Virus record (IMG/VR): IMGVR_UViG_3300025141_000026
Length of the DNA: 64,000 nucleotides
Direction: 5' to 3' (one strand)
Source: a virus
Under the pieces are notes generated by a model. That model ran no database searches. It was given only the letters and a program-made list of their open reading frames with translations, and had not been told where the DNA came from. The position numbers and the translations under genes are program-made. Numbering within the stretch: the first letter of the stretch is position 1; each line of letters opens with the position of its first letter. This document shows positions 29,623-38,487 of this stretch, in pieces.

Positions 29623-32235
29623 TTAGTGAAAATCTAATATTTTTTCACCTGTTCTGTGCTCGATGTATCTAGACATAAAATACCTACCGTCGATTTTAGC
29701 CACATAATCTCGATGAGAGACTAGTCCCCCACCCGGATCTCCTTTCAATTTTCCATACTTCGTCTCTTTTGATGGATATTGTAATGCTAGAGATGGCATA
29801 TGTTGAAACAGTGCGTCAATAAGTCTATTCGCAGACTGGATCATGTGTTCCGGTGGTCTTGCAAAGTTATAAATCTTCCCATAATTCTTCATCTTGCCCA
29901 TCCACCAATGTGGTTCACTTTCAGTAAAGCCTTGACCTAGTTGATGCTCTTGATGATGTTTATTCTCAGGTTTCCAATAATACATTGTTATTGTTTCTAT
30001 TCCAACGCTTTTTGAATTTAAGTCTGGACCATGTGAAGTTATGGATATCATTGGGTCTGCATGTTGATAAATATAGCCATCATAATCTATGGTAAAGTGA
30101 ACTCCCAGACCAATAGGTTTTCCATAATTTTTAGATTCCTTATCTTTGTTTTTCTTCGTTCTTAGAACATGGACACACGATTCATATGTGCTAGTGACTG
30201 AATTATGTATAACGACGTAAGACGGATCGACCTTTCTCTTATACGTCTTAAATTGTGCATCACCTCTAATTCCTCCGCCGGGGAATGGGTATTCAACACC
30301 ATTGAAAACAATTACATCTGCTTTTCCGCCGTTGAAGGGTTCAAGTGGATAATTTACTGCCTTGCCCACTCCGCCTCCGCCGCCTGTAAAAGCTCCACCC
30401 CCTCCAGTCCCTCCACCAGTTACTCCGCCTACCGGACCAATACAAGCTTGTGATGGAACCGCAGGTGAAGTCGGAGTGGGTGGAGGTTCCGGCTTGGAGT
30501 TTTGCACTTCTTCAAGAAATTTTTCTAGAGCTTCTTGGGCTTTTTCAGATGCATTTTCACCCTCTGGGAGTGACACGTTTTGTTGACTCTCCTCTAAGCC
30601 GAGGGCGATATCCAAAGGAATAGCGTCAGTTGTAATCCCTTCATATATTTGATAGTAGCTGTCTATGTATGGTCTAAGTAATGTGTCGAAATATGCTTGA
30701 TATCCTGCGCCGCCGTTCCCCGGAAAATAATGAACATCGTTCTCTCCAGCTTTCAATAGTTTTGATTGTTCCATTGTTGAAACATAATTTTTGCCTAATC
30801 CATAAGCAGCGAAACTCGCAAATTGAACAGTATCAAACCATTCCCTATCTTCTTGTCTACTCTCCTTGCCTCCATATGGTAAACCAAAAATAATTATATT
30901 TATACCTTTGTGTTTCAAGCTTAGTAAGGTAGCACAAAATTTGATAAATTGCTCTCCCGTGCTATTTTCTTCTTGGTCTGAAAGCAGTTTCTCTAATCCA
31001 TATCTTTTTGCTTCCTCTGGCCAAGTTGAATCGGGTGTTGTGCCGGGAGGTTGTGATAAAGATCCTGTTATAGTTGCATTGATATATTGTGCAATGCCAG
31101 CCCCAGAGCCAGCATAAATTGAAGGATATTTTTTTCTAGCGCCAAAAGATTTATTACCACCAATGGATCCTATAATGACAGTATCACCATACTTGTAATC
31201 ATAAGAATCTATAGCTTTTCCTAAATTCTTTCCTTTCACTAAATCTTCGGGGGTATCTGTATATCCCATTCTGTATGCGCCGCCATACCAAGCATTGAAA
31301 AAGAATGGAAAACCAGAAAAATAGTCTACCATGGGGTCTTGCTGTCCCTGCGTATTAGAGTCGCCAAAAACATACACACTGCCGAATGGAGTGGCTGCAC
31401 TCTCTTCCGTCTGTGCTCCTGTTCCAAATTGAGAGTCTGGGTCTGACATGCCTAAAGATTGTCCTTCCATTCCAAAAATAAATTCGGGAGGTCTTGCAAT
31501 AACAAGCTCTGTAGACTCTTCAATTGGAGATTCTTCTTCGGTGGTTGGGCTATTTGGGTCTAGCGCATAAGTTGGGAGCCCCGTTGAAGGATCAATGGTG
31601 CCTGTTGTTGGCATAGTTGCTTCTTGGGGGGTAGGCTGTGGGGCTGGTACTGGGGGGATAGGGGTTGAAGCCCCACAGTTTCCGAACATACCTGCACCGG
31701 AGGCTGCACCTGCTGCACCGGGACCACCAGTTGTTTTTAGAAGTGGTCCAAGATAGATTGGGTCCGAATAAGTATTTTTATTACCAAAATCTACATTAAC
31801 TATGTCTCCCGGCTTGGGTTCCTCAATTTGAGTATCTTGTGCTATAAAAGTAGGGTATAGATCAATAATTGGCTGATGGGGACCGTTGGCGCTTCCAACT
31901 TGATCAGGAACAGGTAAAGCCGCATGGATCTCTGGTATTCTTGCTTTTATTTTTACTATTTGTGGAGGATCACCAAAGAAAGAAGCAAAAGTGTTAGCTA
32001 ACCAGCTTCCAGCTTCGGCAGATTGTTTATCTGTCTCCACCCTGAGAACTATTGCTTTGTAGGGTCCGGTATTTTGTAACGAATCACTTACGAATTGATG
32101 ACTCGCAGCGTTTGCCAGAGCATCCATAAACTCGGTGCCGCTGTCCATACGCTCACGGCGACCGCCAATAGGCTGGCTTACATCATTTAGTGTGTTAAAC
32201 GGTATTTTAGTTGGGTCAATGTTTTCGTCTGCCAT
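29623..32235 (-). CDS. Baseplate hub / tail lysin: gp5-like OB-fold + SGNH hydrolase + N-acetylmuramoyl-L-alanine amidase (Amidase_2)
   Basis: N-terminal KAIVLRV...VKIKARIPE...P.PGDIVNVDF (gp5 OB-fold-like). Central VFGDSN...IGGN...DVHY (SGNH). C-terminal VVIHNS...VHFTID.DG.IYQ...HG...NSKSVGIE...SHRD (Amidase_2). Pro/Gly linkers between domains. Confidence 0.7.
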   Translation of the reverse strand: MADENIDPTKIPFNTLNDVSQPIGGRRERMDSGTEFMDALANAASHQFVSDSLQNTGPYKAIVLRVETDKQSAEAGSWLANTFASFFGDPPQIVKIKARIPEIHAALPVPDQVGSANGPHQPIIDLYPTFIAQDTQIEEPKPGDIVNVDFGNKNTYSDPIYLGPLLKTTGGPGAAGAASGAGMFGNCGASTPIPPVPAPQPTPQEATMPTTGTIDPSTGLPTYALDPNSPTTEEESPIEESTELVIARPPEFIFGMEGQSLGMSDPDSQFGTGAQTEESAATPFGSVYVFGDSNTQGQQDPMVDYFSGFPFFFNAWYGGAYRMGYTDTPEDLVKGKNLGKAIDSYDYKYGDTVIIGSIGGNKSFGARKKYPSIYAGSGAGIAQYINATITGSLSQPPGTTPDSTWPEEAKRYGLEKLLSDQEENSTGEQFIKFCATLLSLKHKGINIIIFGLPYGGKESRQEDREWFDTVQFASFAAYGLGKNYVSTMEQSKLLKAGENDVHYFPGNGGAGYQAYFDTLLRPYIDSYYQIYEGITTDAIPLDIALGLEESQQNVSLPEGENASEKAQEALEKFLEEVQNSKPEPPPTPTSPAVPSQACIGPVGGVTGGGTGGGGAFTGGGGGVGKAVNYPLEPFNGGKADVIVFNGVEYPFPGGGIRGDAQFKTYKRKVDPSYVVIHNSVTSTYESCVHVLRTKKNKDKESKNYGKPIGLGVHFTIDYDGYIYQHADPMISITSHGPDLNSKSVGIETITMYYWKPENKHHQEHQLGQGFTESEPHWWMGKMKNYGKIYNFARPPEHMIQSANRLIDALFQHMPSLALQYPSKETKYGKLKGDPGGGLVSHRDYVAKIDGRYFMSRYIEHRTGEKILDFH

Positions 32236-32236
32236 C

Positions 32237-32533
32237 TCATGAAGCCTCCTTTATTATGTCAAAAAGCTCCTTTTTATCGTTTTCTGTCAAATTAGCATCT
32301 TCGCTTTTCTTTTTCTGCATAAGAGATGCAATCTTGACTAGCTGCTCATTTGACCTCTGAAGGGTTTCAACATATTTGGCTGCAATGGCACCTACATCTT
32401 TGTGATTTTCTTTTGTTTTTTTTATTAGCTCGATAACATCAAGTAGTAGCATTTTTGTTACTGCTCGATCATTATTTATATTTTCAATCGCTTCAAGTAA
32501 ATATTGGTCTAAATTTTCCAGATCTTTCTTCAT
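32237..32533 (-). CDS. Hypothetical helical protein (98 aa)
   Basis: Tightly packed ORF preceded by the CTATTTA motif. Confidence 0.6.
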   Translation of the reverse strand: MKKDLENLDQYLLEAIENINNDRAVTKMLLLDVIELIKKTKENHKDVGAIAAKYVETLQRSNEQLVKIASLMQKKKSEDANLTENDKKELFDIIKEAS

Positions 32534-32562
32534 ACCTATAAATAGCGTATGTGCTTATTTTT

Positions 32563-33252
32563 TTATATCTTTCCATCATTCCATGTTTTTTTGAAAACAT
32601 GGTATCTAGAACGTAATTTATTGAGGTTGTTTACAACTTGTTTGGTGTTTAGACCGGTGAGTTCACGGAGGTAAAGGTAGACTGCTTTTTTGTTGAAAAT
32701 CTCTATCTCATTAGACTTTTCTAAGAGAACCCTAACAGCCATCAAAACTTTTTCCTCATTTGGTTTGAGTTCTTCCTGTTCCCAAGTTTCTATTTCTTTC
32801 CAAAGGTAATGCCAAAATTCTGCATCTTCTCTTCTAGTTTCGTATGGATTTCTAGCTGAGAGATGCTCTTGTTCTAAATCTTTTGTAATATCGTCATAAT
32901 TTATTTCACGTCTCGTCTTCTGTGAATTCTTTTTTACACGGTGGATGAACCAGTTTTTTGTGATAACGCTGAAATAAGAAAAAGCTTTTGACCCTTTATT
33001 TGGATCGTATTTGTCTAAAATTGTTGTGAGCCAGATTTTACACTCGTCTTTAAGGACTTCTATATTTGGGAGGGTGGTAAATTTATAAGTATATATAATC
33101 TTATCTACCAACTCGCTGAAGGCTGGTTCTATCAAATCTATATAAAGGTCTGTTCTTATTTTTAGATCTTCGGTTGATGCATATTTTACAACTGCTTCTT
33201 CGTGGATCTTCGTGAAATAATAATTTTTATTCCGCTTCTTCTTTTTCTCCAT
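32563..33252 (-). CDS. Phage late sigma factor (T4 gp55-like)
   Basis: YYFT at the N-terminus and LDKYDPNKGSKAFSYFSVITKNWFIHRVKK, matching the gp55/sigma region-2 pattern FD..K...AF.YF..I..N.F. Confidence 0.7.
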   Translation of the reverse strand: MEKKKKRNKNYYFTKIHEEAVVKYASTEDLKIRTDLYIDLIEPAFSELVDKIIYTYKFTTLPNIEVLKDECKIWLTTILDKYDPNKGSKAFSYFSVITKNWFIHRVKKNSQKTRREINYDDITKDLEQEHLSARNPYETRREDAEFWHYLWKEIETWEQEELKPNEEKVLMAVRVLLEKSNEIEIFNKKAVYLYLRELTGLNTKQVVNNLNKLRSRYHVFKKTWNDGKI

Positions 33253-33535
33253 CTTGTGGCTCGTCTTCCATTAATGTGTATATGTCTTCAAACTTTTTAA
33301 GATCTTCAACTAAATCTTTTGAATGTTGAATTAGGCTTCTTAGAGTTTCATCCCCATAGAATGTGTCTAGTTGGTGTAGGCTGCTTACGTGCTCACTGAA
33401 ATTTCTTAGTGAGTGCATGAGCCATGCAAAGTTTTCAGATGCAAAAAGAAGTCTTTTTAGTGTTTGTCTTATGTACCAAAAAAGCAACGCATTCAGCGAT
33501 AAACTTAAAACCAATCCGAGAGTTATCCAAATCAT
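33227..33535 (-). CDS. Small membrane-anchored protein (102 aa)
   Basis: N-terminal hydrophobic helix IWITLGLVLSLSLNALLFWYI followed by coiled coil. Confidence 0.6.
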   Translation of the reverse strand: MIWITLGLVLSLSLNALLFWYIRQTLKRLLFASENFAWLMHSLRNFSEHVSSLHQLDTFYGDETLRSLIQHSKDLVEDLKKFEDIYTLMEDEPQDGEKEEAE

Positions 33536-33798
33536 TGTTTATATTCTATACCCTTTAGTTTCTCTTGTTCAGTTTTGAGTTCTGATTTAGAGGTTTCAAT
33601 ATGGTCCTTTACAACATCTCCAACCTTTTTGTCACCATTTCTCATTTTTGAGCTAGTGGTTATAAAAGTTGTGCTTGGAACTCTAACTAGAGAACCTGTA
33701 GCTTCGCAAAGAACGCAATTCTCTAATTTGATACTCATTGAATGAGTTTCTTCAAAAGCTTCTTCACACCCATTACACCTATAAGTGTATCTAGGCAT
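33532..33798 (-). CDS. FmdB-family zinc-ribbon protein
   Basis: MPRYTYRCNGCEEAFE...CVLC is the MP.Y.Y.C..C....E...C..C signature; start revised to ATG 33798. Confidence 0.8.
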   Translation of the reverse strand: MPRYTYRCNGCEEAFEETHSMSIKLENCVLCEATGSLVRVPSTTFITTSSKMRNGDKKVGDVVKDHIETSKSELKTEQEKLKGIEYKQ

Positions 33799-34003
33799 CT
33801 TCTGTTGCTTCCTCATCTTCTGTGGGTGTCACTTTAACTAAGGGTGGGTTCATAACAACAAGACCAACTTCAGACAGTCTAAATTTGAATCCTTTTAGCA
33901 CGGGCACAATATCAGTTTGATCCATTAGGCTTTTTTGCAAAGCCATCATAACTGCTCCAACTGCTTGATCATCCATGAACATATTTTTATCTTCGTTACT
34001 CAT
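33791..34003 (-). CDS. Hypothetical protein (70 aa)
   Basis: Overlaps both neighbours in a translationally coupled arrangement. Confidence 0.55.
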   Translation of the reverse strand: MSNEDKNMFMDDQAVGAVMMALQKSLMDQTDIVPVLKGFKFRLSEVGLVVMNPPLVKVTPTEDEEATEDA

Positions 34004-34985
34004 TTATTTTTACTCCAAAATTATAAATTTCTTTTTCTAATTTATTCCAATCGCCATCGAACTTGACAGATTTATCGTCAATATAACAAAGTGCTCTAGG
34101 CTTTTCGGCTGTGACTTTGCTAACATATTCACTCAGATTGTGCTTTTTGAGCCACTCCCATACTAATACTGTACCGGTTTTTCCGCTAACCAAACCTCGA
34201 TCTGATTTTGCTTTACAAGTGTGCACAATTACAGTGTATTTTGCAGATAACTTTCTTAAGAACTCTTCCGCTCCTTGAATTGGGTCATCGTAAATAGTAC
34301 CATCAAAATATCCTTTTGAGTTTTTATGTATAACTCCATCAAAATCAACCCCCACGTTGATTTTCTCATCCGGATAGCTGTGTTCTCTTATTTTTCCACC
34401 CTTCCAATTCAACTTTTCTAAATCTTCTGGTGAATTGGAGCCAATAGGTGGGCAAATGTTTCCAGAACCATGTGTTAGTTCATATTGAAGAAGGAGAGAT
34501 AAGCACTCGGCAGTATGATAATAGTTTACCCCCAAAATGACTTGTGTAAGACCCTTTATTTCCACGTCGATAGGCTTTGCCGTAATTAGGCATGCCTCCA
34601 TTCCGTTATCAATCGCCCATTGAAGCGCCTTAATCACATCCTTTGATTTCCCAGATGATGATATTCCGTATACAAGAGATTTTGACATTTGAGTCTTTGT
34701 TCTAGTCGAAATTCTTGACTGGAGCCATGCGACCATCCATTGATCGAAATTTGTATCATTAATATAAGATGTTGCTACAATACAACTGCCCGGACACATT
34801 GCGTTTTTTGTTCCGTTAGAGAGTCTGGTCATATCAACGGCGGTATGGTCAGCAACACCCATGTTGCCGCCATGCCCTAGAACATAGATGTCCTGACATT
34901 TGTTGTACTTTTCTTGCAGTTCTTCCCACTCTTTTGAGTGAACCACGTTTGTAAATAATTCTCCGATATTTTCAAAATCTAACAT
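33996..34985 (-). CDS. SIS-domain sugar-phosphate isomerase (GmhA-like) fused to a HAD phosphatase
   Basis: IYVLGHGGNMGVADH and GISSSGKSKDVIKAL (SIS/GmhA); C-terminal GVDFDGVIH...YIDDK (HAD motifs I and IV). Confidence 0.75.
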   Translation of the reverse strand: MLDFENIGELFTNVVHSKEWEELQEKYNKCQDIYVLGHGGNMGVADHTAVDMTRLSNGTKNAMCPGSCIVATSYINDTNFDQWMVAWLQSRISTRTKTQMSKSLVYGISSSGKSKDVIKALQWAIDNGMEACLITAKPIDVEIKGLTQVILGVNYYHTAECLSLLLQYELTHGSGNICPPIGSNSPEDLEKLNWKGGKIREHSYPDEKINVGVDFDGVIHKNSKGYFDGTIYDDPIQGAEEFLRKLSAKYTVIVHTCKAKSDRGLVSGKTGTVLVWEWLKKHNLSEYVSKVTAEKPRALCYIDDKSVKFDGDWNKLEKEIYNFGVKINE

Positions 34986-35656
34986 TTAATAACCTCCCTG
35001 TGGTATTCAATAATCGACACTGTATCCATTCCTAAGCATTTTATACCGTAACTTTCATAACCTTTTATATTAGTTCTCACGTCATTGGGTACATGTATTG
35101 CTCTTTTTTCTTCTGGTATAATATCATTAAATTTTTCTATTTGTAAACAAAAATCGTCATTGTCAAAATTACCCGGATCGCCAACGCTCATACTAAGATC
35201 ATACGGACCAATTAGATAAAAGTCAAACCCAAATGAAGAAATTTTCTCTATGTTATTGACACCCTCTTTTGTCTCTATCTGGGGTATGATAATTGGGTTG
35301 TCTTTTATAAGCTGCTCACATCCCCACATGTTTTGTCTTACTAAACCCAATCCTCGCTTTCCCTTCGGAGCATAAAAGCAGTAATCAATTATTTTTTCAC
35401 ACTGTTTTGCAGTTTCAATTGTTGAAAATATAATACCATCAACACCCGAGTCTAAACAATACCTTATTGATTTTTTGTCTACATCTGTAAGCCTTACAAA
35501 GCAACGCTTATTTTTAGATTTTATAATTTGTATGCAAGAAAAAAGCACTTGATTATCATACCAGCCATGCTCAGTATCTAAAACAACCCCTTCAGAGCTT
35601 ATGCACAATATCTCACTTACAAGAGGAGATGGTATTTGTTGCCAAGATAAAATCAT
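34979..35656 (-). CDS. HpcH/HpaI class II pyruvate aldolase
   Basis: VLDTEHG, FVR, LDSG.DG, P.GKRG, QIET.EGV.NI..I, IGPYDLS.S. Confidence 0.85.
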   Translation of the reverse strand: MILSWQQIPSPLVSEILCISSEGVVLDTEHGWYDNQVLFSCIQIIKSKNKRCFVRLTDVDKKSIRYCLDSGVDGIIFSTIETAKQCEKIIDYCFYAPKGKRGLGLVRQNMWGCEQLIKDNPIIIPQIETKEGVNNIEKISSFGFDFYLIGPYDLSMSVGDPGNFDNDDFCLQIEKFNDIIPEEKRAIHVPNDVRTNIKGYESYGIKCLGMDTVSIIEYHREVIKC

Positions 35657-35667
35657 TTCTTATACCG

Positions 35668-36480
35668 CTATGACAAAGGCTTTAGTAAATAGTATGATAA
35701 CTGCGGTCCTCGATGAACCTCTATTTCGTCATATGAATAGTTTACACTAACTTTTTCCATTGATTGTTTTATATCCTCCAAAGTCACTCCTCCATTGTCG
35801 GGGTGAGAATGAATTTCTAAAAAGATCGCTGGTTGGTGCTTTTCTAAAAATTTATTTGCTCCATTCAACACGAGACATTCAGCACCCTCAACATCGATTT
35901 TTATTACATCAACTTTAGTATGTCTATCTGTAAAATCGTTAAGAGAAACGGCTTGATATTTTACATCATAGTGCTCCCTATTTGGTCTATCTGCCTTGTG
36001 AATTCTGCTGCTGCCTGCTCCTCCACCAGTATGTATACACGAATAGTGTCTCAAGGTTTCTGTTTCGCTACTTCCATCCGTTACTAATTTTTGAATTAAT
36101 TCAATAGAGCATTTTCTTTCATTTTTGTCTTTCACTAGTGGGCTAATATTCTCTAGGAACACTTCAAAACGCTCCTCTTCTGGCTCAAAAGCTATGATAT
36201 GAAAATTGTCAAAATACTTTGTAATTGGGTAAGTATAACACCCTTCTGCTGCTCCAATGTCAAAAAAAACTATGTTATTTTGAGATTCAGCTTTTTTTTG
36301 CACATATTTTACAAATATGTGGTACATCTTCTCGGGCATCAGATCCCAGTCCATCCATTGTGCGCTTGCAGATCTATTTTCTTCTTTTTTTAGCTTTATC
36401 TGTTCTTCAAGGAAGCCCCACTTACTACTTTCTCTATCAAATTTACTTTTTTCTATTTTTATTACGCCCAAATTCATCAT
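35668..36480 (-). CDS. FkbM-family methyltransferase
   Basis: FFDIGAAEG, IIAFEP, IKIDVEGAE..VL.GA, IFLEIH. Confidence 0.85.
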   Translation of the reverse strand: MMNLGVIKIEKSKFDRESSKWGFLEEQIKLKKEENRSASAQWMDWDLMPEKMYHIFVKYVQKKAESQNNIVFFDIGAAEGCYTYPITKYFDNFHIIAFEPEEERFEVFLENISPLVKDKNERKCSIELIQKLVTDGSSETETLRHYSCIHTGGGAGSSRIHKADRPNREHYDVKYQAVSLNDFTDRHTKVDVIKIDVEGAECLVLNGANKFLEKHQPAIFLEIHSHPDNGGVTLEDIKQSMEKVSVNYSYDEIEVHRGPQLSYYLLKPLS

Positions 36481-36493
36481 AAATTAATCCTTT

Positions 36494-36562
36494 TTATTTT
36501 TTTGTACTGTTCCACGATTCACTTACCAGTGCCGAAGGTATTTGTTGCCACGACAATATCAT
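36494..36562 (-). pseudogene. 22-codon remnant duplicating the N-terminus of the HpcH aldolase
   Basis: MILSWQQIPSALVSESWNSTKK* versus aldolase MILSWQQIPSPLVSEILC; its ATG overlaps the upstream gene's TGA (ATGA). Confidence 0.85.
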
Positions 36563-37341
36563 GCGTGAGTCCATTCTGTTCGGGGTTTACCATAACTTTT
36601 ATTTATATAAGTTATGACAGAGTGATCCGGTGCTGGGAGGTCATACGTGACATGATATATGTTGAAATACTTTTCTAAGTGTTTCTTCATTTGTTCTTTT
36701 TTATCCGCACCTAAAGTGCCATGCATTTCGAGTGCCAAGCATCCAACTCGACTCAAGTCCTTATCTAGAAGAAGATCGTACTCCGCTCCTTCAATATCTA
36801 CTTTCAAATAGTCAATATAATCTGTGTCGAAGAATTCATAAAGACCTTCTAAAGAAATTGTAAAAACTTTATGATAGATTTCAGCTTCTTCAACCCAATT
36901 CTCATTTTGAACTTCTAACATCTCTTTGACTGTTACTGGGCTTACAGATTGATTATTGGACTCATGTTTGTAAATTTTTATAATTTCTCCACTTTCTTTT
37001 GCTGCTGCTAAATTAAAACAAGCAACATTTGTGGCTCTATTCATGCGAACAACTTCATAGAGAACTTTTCTTTGTGTTACTAGAAAATTTTGATAACTAG
37101 CGTCAATGGCGTACATGTTCTTAAATTTATCACAATGATCTAAAGTAAAAAATCCCACATTGCAACCCAGATCTATACAAACATTTTTTTCTATCTCGCT
37201 TGGAATTATATACTCATCATAAAATTTTTCCTGATCTAGTACATTAGAGTTGAAATTAAACTTCATTACGTTTTTCCATGCAAGTTTTCCAAGTTTGCCT
37301 GCTTGATTTGGTGCAATTTTACCGTATTTTCCTTTTATCAT
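36559..37341 (-). CDS. FkbM-family methyltransferase
   Basis: CIDLGCNVGFF, YLKVDIEGAEY; likely start ATG 37341 (AAGGAAC SD). Confidence 0.8.
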   Translation of the reverse strand: MIKGKYGKIAPNQAGKLGKLAWKNVMKFNFNSNVLDQEKFYDEYIIPSEIEKNVCIDLGCNVGFFTLDHCDKFKNMYAIDASYQNFLVTQRKVLYEVVRMNRATNVACFNLAAAKESGEIIKIYKHESNNQSVSPVTVKEMLEVQNENWVEEAEIYHKVFTISLEGLYEFFDTDYIDYLKVDIEGAEYDLLLDKDLSRVGCLALEMHGTLGADKKEQMKKHLEKYFNIYHVTYDLPAPDHSVITYINKSYGKPRTEWTHA

Positions 37342-37352
37342 AATTTGTTCCT

Positions 37353-38054
37353 TTATTTTTTTATAACATACGCTGATGGGCATATAAAATTCATACTTTT
37401 TATTTCTACTTCTTTATCTAAAAAGAACTTATCAACCCCTTTTGATTCCGACCACTCGTGAAATGCGTATTCATCAAAAACAACAACGCCTCCTTTTGAT
37501 ACCCTATCCCACATGGCGCATAGCACATCGTAAGTTGGTTCTGCAACATCTAAATCTAGATATAGAAGGGATATTTTCATTCCCGGTCGAGAAGAGACGT
37601 ATTCATGTGAAGTTTCAGAAACATTCCCTTTTACCAGATCATATTCATGATTTTGAAATCCAGACTCAGAAATCAAGTTTTTCAAATATTCGCAAAAAGA
37701 ATCACTGTGAGAGAATCCTCTATCCTTGAAGAGAACTTCCATAGCCTCTTGATCCTGATCGGATAAGCTTTCTAGTAAAGAATTAGTATCAAAAAAATCA
37801 AAACCAATAACCTTTTTACCAGAGTTGGGAGCGAGATATTTCTTTATTTTTAGAAATGTCATTATACCAGTCCCCTTAAAAACTCCACATTCAACGATGT
37901 CTCCGGGGATATCTTTTACTTTATCAAACAGTAAAGACCGAGCCAATAACTTGCCAAAAACTTTCGTATCTGAACTTAGTATAAAACTGTTGAAGCTGTC
38001 GTATAAGTCCTGACTTTGACTTATAATTTCCAAATTCTTTAATTCAACTGCCAT
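37353..38054 (-). CDS. TylF/MycF/NovP-family sugar O-methyltransferase
   Basis: PGDIVECGVFKG, IGFDFF, LLYLDLD..EPT, GGVVVFDEY. Confidence 0.85.
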   Translation of the reverse strand: MAVELKNLEIISQSQDLYDSFNSFILSSDTKVFGKLLARSLLFDKVKDIPGDIVECGVFKGTGIMTFLKIKKYLAPNSGKKVIGFDFFDTNSLLESLSDQDQEAMEVLFKDRGFSHSDSFCEYLKNLISESGFQNHEYDLVKGNVSETSHEYVSSRPGMKISLLYLDLDVAEPTYDVLCAMWDRVSKGGVVVFDEYAFHEWSESKGVDKFFLDKEVEIKSMNFICPSAYVIKK

Positions 38055-38487
38055 ATTTCTTCCTGTATTCTTCTATTATATCTGAGCAAACCCCTAGACA
38101 TTCGATTTCGATTTTGAACTCACGTCTTTCTGGCATGACGCAGATTGAATTCTTTACTAAATCTTTGCCCGGATACGCCCATATAACCCCTCGACTGGTC
38201 AAAGTATAGTCGTCCTCTTGGTGCCAAAAGCAATGAGCGCCAAGTTTCAATAACTGTTCAAGCGCCTGTAAGTTTTTTGCGTGACACCAAAGCTTATCAT
38301 TGGTTAGAAAATCACTTTTCACTAAATGTTGAGGTTCGTCATGACCTAAAAACCATTGGTTGCTATGATACCACACATCTATTTCGACATCAAATCCTTT
38401 TTTCAAAGCTTTCTCAATATAGGATGGGGTGTTTTCAAGCAATGGTTTTTTGCCATCAATATTACCCCTATGAGATATAAGGATCAC
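38044..38487 (-). CDS. PLC/GDPD-like phosphodiesterase
   Basis: ISHRGN, EN, GFDVEIDV, LGHD, WCHAKN. Confidence 0.75.
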   Translation of the reverse strand: MILISHRGNIDGKKPLLENTPSYIEKALKKGFDVEIDVWYHSNQWFLGHDEPQHLVKSDFLTNDKLWCHAKNLQALEQLLKLGAHCFWHQEDDYTLTSRGVIWAYPGKDLVKNSICVMPERREFKIEIECLGVCSDIIEEYRKKYGS

